Part shown: in pieces, positions 60,435 through 64,000 of the stretch | How positions within the stretch are numbered: position 1 is the stretch's first letter | How the letters are laid out: each line of letters starts with the position of its first letter | Origin: Paramoeba atlantica | Lineage: Eukaryota; Protista; Discosea | Direction: 5' to 3' | DNA: 64,000 nt | Assembly: GCA_977017575.1 (NCBI GenBank) | Contig: CDRNVI010000169.1 | Coordinates: 62,001 to 126,000, forward strand | Notes under the pieces: generated by a model | Seen by the model: only the letters and a program-made list of their open reading frames with translations | The model's database searches: none | What the model was told of the DNA's origin: nothing | Made by a program: the position numbers and the translations under genes

Positions 60435-62513
60435 AGAGAGAAAGTGAAAAGAGAAAAGAGGGGAGAGAGAAGAAAATAGAAGAATGTTATTTAATAATTG
60501 AATTTATTTTTTCTTTTTTAACTTATTAAATACTAAATTAAAGATTAAATTAAAGATTAAAATATTAAATTAAAGATTAAATTATTAAATTAAAGAATAA
60601 AATATTTAATTGAAAAAAAAACAACTTTTTTTAGGGATTGGCACCGGTTGAAAGCAAAAAAACACACATGGACAACATTGAAAATATGAAGGTTTTTTCT
60701 TTTTCTTTTTTTTTTCTTTTTTTTTTTCTTCTTTTTTCTTTTTTTTTTAATTCAAATTTCTATTTTTTTTTGTGAATTATTTATTCTTTTTAACAATTAA
60801 AAACAAACCAAAAAAATTAAAATCAATTCAAAACAAAAAATAATTAAAAATGAAATTAAAAACAGATTTTATTGAGAAAAATGAGAAAAGCGGAACCTCT
60901 CGAAGCTCAAACCGCTTCTTATCTTCTTCCTCAACTTTTAATTGGTTTGTAATTTTGTTTTTTTTGTTTTCTTTTTGTTTTTATTTTGTTTTCTTTTTGT
61001 TTTTTTTTTTTGTTTTCTTTTTGTTTTTATTTTTTTTTTTGATACTTCTGTGATTTTAATGTCTTCTTCTTCTTCAAGAATTAAGAAAATAAATAAATAA
61101 ATTAAATATAAAATAAAATAAAAATAAAATAAATAGATTTTTTTACTGTGGATCAATCAATGAGTCTTCTTCTTCAAGAATTAATCAATAAATATAAATA
61201 AATAAAATAAAATTAAATAAAAATAAATTAAATAAAAATAAAATAAATAGATTTTTTTTACTGTGGATCAATCAATGAGTCTTCTTCTTCAAGAATTAAT
61301 CAATAAATTTTAATAAATAAAATTAAATAAAATAAAAATAATATAAATAAAATAAATAATAAATAGATTTTTTTACTGTGGATCAATCAATGAGTCTTCT
61401 TCTTCAAGAATTTGTTCGTATTAAAAGACATCGAACTCCTTTGTATTCTCTTTTTTTTTTCTTTTTTTTTTCTTTTTTTTTTCTTTTTTTTTTCTTTTTA
61501 TTTTCTTTTTATTTTCTTTTTCTTTTTATTATTTCTTATTATTTCTTTCTTTCTTTTCTTTTTTTTTTATTCTTTTCTTTTCTTTCTTTTTTCTTTCCTC
61601 TTTCTTTTCTTTTTCTTTTTTCTTTCATTTTTCGAAATCTCACTCTTCTCTTTTAAGATATATTGCGACAACAGTAAGTTTATATCTTCATTTGTTACAA
61701 TGCGCTCAGAATGTCGATTCCTCTGAATATGAACAGGTGAGAAAAGAGAACAGAGAAAGAGAAAAAAAGAAAAAAGAAAGAGAGAAAAAGAGAAAGAAAG
61801 AAATCAAGAAGAAGGATTCTCTTTTCTTTCTCTCTTTTTCTTTCTTTCTTTTTAATTTGTTTTTTTTTTTTTAGATGGCATTAAATTGGTTGGTTGTCTG
61901 TTTGAAAAATTTCACACAGGTTTCTTTTTCTCTTTTTCTCTTTTTCTCTTTTTCTCTTTTTCTCTTTTTCTCTTTTTCTTTTCTTTTCTTCCCTTTTGAA
62001 TCTCCTGAACTCTCTCTTTCTTTCTCTCTTCTTTTCTCTCTCTCTTTCTAGTTACGACCTCAAGAAGTGGGGAAATGGTGTTTGGCTGTTTTGATGTTAT
62101 CTTTTTCAAGAAATAAATCTCTTCAAAAGGTTTTCTTTCTCCCCCACCTCTCTCTTCTTTCTTCTCCCTCTCTTTCTCTCTTTCAAATACAATAAGAATA
62201 AGAATAAGAAGAATAAATATAATACTAATAAATAATAATAAATAATAAATAACATAAATAAAAAAATAAAAATAATAAAAATAAGTAATAAAAATAAAAG
62301 TGATAAAAAAAAATAAAAGTAATAAAAAAATAAAAGTAATAAAAAAATAAATAAAAAAAATAGTTAAGTGTGGGGATACTACACAGCTATCCATTTGTAC
62401 GAAGTGATATTTTAATTCCTGCTTTTGTTGATTTTTTCTTTCATCCAATGGCTCTCAAATTTCGAGGAGAGGTTCTTTTTTTTTTCTTTTTTTTTTTTTT
62501 TTTTTTTTCTTTT

Positions 62514-62544
<31 letters not shown>

Positions 62545-62966
62545 CTTTTTTTTTCTTTTTTTTTCTTTTTTTTTTTTCTTTTTTTTTCTTTTTTTTTCTT
62601 TTTTTTTTTTTTTTTTTGTTTTTTCTTTTTTTTCTCTTTTTTTTCTTATTTTGATTGTTGATTTTGATTTGATTTTTATTTGGTTTGATTTTTCTTTTCT
62701 CTTTTTTCTCCTTTTTTTAATTTTCTTCTTTAAAAGATTCTTTCTGCTTTGCAAGAAATCCCTGATTTACAAAATCTCTACGAAGGTCTTTTTTCTCTTC
62801 TCTTTCTCCTTTTCTCCTTTTCTCCTCTCTTCCTCTTTCTCAGTTTTTTTTCAATTCTTTAGCGCTCAACAAAGACAAAGAACGGAGCATTACCACTGAA
62901 CAAGAAGCAAAAAGAAAACAAAATCATTCTTCTTCTTCTCGTGTTTCTGACGGGTTTGATTTTTGA
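38733..62966 (+). CDS. htt: Huntingtin homolog (HEAT-repeat protein, many exons)
   Basis: Collinear similarity to remembered human HTT segments: AGLNIIGAISKHIKPARSRKYL; KVSVSAPALSVL; LLRGECVLLSGALI; KKELLSSLGGIDF; IQEEVVRYILGQLIDTDHRVRQTAAEALVDLLPRL; LQIRVLSMLRWVVRYGLKVKDIDPQNHFTEYLIQQ; EIFYHYWDLLSAIL; AIRSVLVLSDFF; LGIFKAIAVL; FLLIEQYP. Stop TGA at 62964-62966. Confidence 0.9.
39425..40030 (+). repeat. Seven tandem copies of an intron 3' end plus the first ~30 nt of an htt exon
   Basis: AG|AAAATAGTTCGATATTTGTTATTAATACA begins at 39433, 39537, 39621, 39718, 39794, 39898 and 39997. Only the last copy continues as KIVRYLLLIHGDSDQNV. Confidence 0.95.
41884..41976 (+). repeat. Coding (CAACAACCA)n repeat encoding a (QQP)n tract in huntingtin
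   Basis: In ORF 41686-43341: [31 protein letters not shown]. Confidence 0.9.
55869..56030 (+). repeat. Coding (AATCCAAATTTA)n repeat encoding (NLNP/NPNP)n in huntingtin
   Basis: Lies in the exon starting at about 55710 (AG|ATGCAGCC), in frame with ORF 55749. Confidence 0.8.
61055..61415 (+). repeat. Three to four copies of an acceptor plus exon-start segment in an htt intron
   Basis: ATAG|ATTTTTTTACTGTGGATCAATCAATGAGTCTTCTTCTTCAAGAATT at about 61135, 61250 and 61365, with a partial copy near 61060. Only the last continues as QEFVRIKRHR. Confidence 0.9.
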
Positions 62967-63544
62967 TTCGAATATTCAATTGAAAAAGAATTTTATTTCA
63001 TTTTTCTTTATTTCAATTCCCCAAAAAGAAAAAGATTATTTTTTTTAAAAATTTCTCTTTCAAACTAAAATCTTTTCTTTTGCTTTTCTTTTCCAGACAA
63101 GGGCCTCCCGAGCCACCAAAAAGAAAAAGGTGGGTTGTCTCATAAAATCGTCACCCCTCTCTCTCATTTCACTCCTCTCTCTCTCTCTCTTTTAGCTCCC
63201 ACTTCAACAACAAAAGAATAAAACATTTGAAAAATCATTTGAAAAATTATTTGAAAAATCATTTTTCTCTTGAAAAAAAAGATTTTTTCATTTTTCAGTC
63301 CAAAAAAAAAGAAACAAAAGATCGAAAAAAGAAACAAAAGATCGAAAAAAGAAACAAAGATCGAAAAAAGCGCTGTTTTCTGAAAAGACCCGACAAGATC
63401 AAAAAGGGGAACTACAAAAATAAAAACACCCATTCACCACTCAAAAAGATATGAGGAAGGGGCTGTTTTATTTTGGTACTACCCTTTTCGATTTTCGATT
63501 CGTTTTTCTTTTTTGTCGTTTGTCCTCGTCGATCGCACACAAGC

Positions 63545-64000
63545 ATGTTGAAACTTGCCCTCTTTTTCCTCTTTGCTCTTCCATTGGTTTATGGAGAGTG
63601 GAGGGCTGTCACTTTTAACATGACAGAGAGTATGTTTTTCGTTTCTTCTTTTCATCCTTCTCTGATCTTTTTTTTTTTCCTGTGAAAAACTTTTCGTGTG
63701 AAAACTAAACCGATTTCTCTTTTTGTGTTGTTGTGTTCAGTCGCAAATGATCATATCCGAAATGAAGATGGTTCCCTCATCTCAACTAATGGTCTTCAAA
63801 ATTATGCACGTGCAAACTTCGCCAACATCATGAAACAAGGTTCGCGCGAGAAGAGAAGGAACCACAAAAAATAATGTGGTCTTGTTTCCTTTACTGATTT
63901 TTCTTTCCTCTTTCTTTCCTCTTTCTTTCAAGATGGTGTCTCTGTAGGCAAACTTGTTGGAGTTGGGTCTTACGCAGATGGCTATTGGCAAGTCTCATCC
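63545..64000 (+). CDS. Uncharacterised secreted protein, truncated by the window end
   Basis: Signal peptide MLKLALFFLFALPLVYG; exons ...AVTFNMTE|IANDHIRNEDG...ANIMKQ|DGVSVGKLVGVGSYADGYWQVSS; GTATGT donor. Confidence 0.75.

Noticed and set aside
11743-62754. Hundreds of ORFs rich in Phe/Leu/Ser or Lys/Arg/Glu that look like membrane or basic proteins
   Set aside because: They are translations of intronic T/TC/TTTA microsatellites or their complements, lying between phase-matched exons.
1-64000. Transposons, retroelements, viral inserts, rRNA
   Set aside because: No transposase, RT, integrase, capsid or rRNA motifs, and no long terminal or terminal inverted repeats were seen.

Overview
Gene-dense, AT-rich eukaryotic DNA in the standard code, with many GT-AG introns filled with microsatellites. 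Probably a free-living protist; amoebozoan is inferred from the huntingtin homolog, not proven. Gene models were spliced by hand, so some exon boundaries are approximate. In order: atypical Ras-like GTPase (-), low-complexity protein with a possible DDA1-like N-terminus (-), SAM methyltransferase (-), a ~13 kb multi-exon gene (+, 4952-18191), GH38 alpha-mannosidase (-), universal stress protein (+), SET-domain protein (-), PLAC8 protein (-), mitochondrial Oxa1 insertase (+), intronless RasGAP-like gene (-), a cluster of four B-box (Pol III-type) small elements (-), CHRD-domain membrane protein (+), LIM/acidic/KxDL-like protein (-), a ~24 kb huntingtin homolog (+), and a truncated secreted protein (+). 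The standout is the 13 kb gene. It splices in frame from an H-NOX-like sensor (apparently lacking heme ligands) through two HNOBA/PAS domains, a ubiquitin-like segment, ankyrin repeats and a C2-like segment into an intact LCAT/PDAT-family lipase/acyltransferase. This is a soluble-guanylyl-cyclase-type input module wired to a lipid-enzyme output. A second theme is repeated tandem duplication of exon-intron junctions, producing decoy splice sites and possibly new exons. Most other ORFs in the track are poly-Phe/poly-Lys artefacts of intronic microsatellites.
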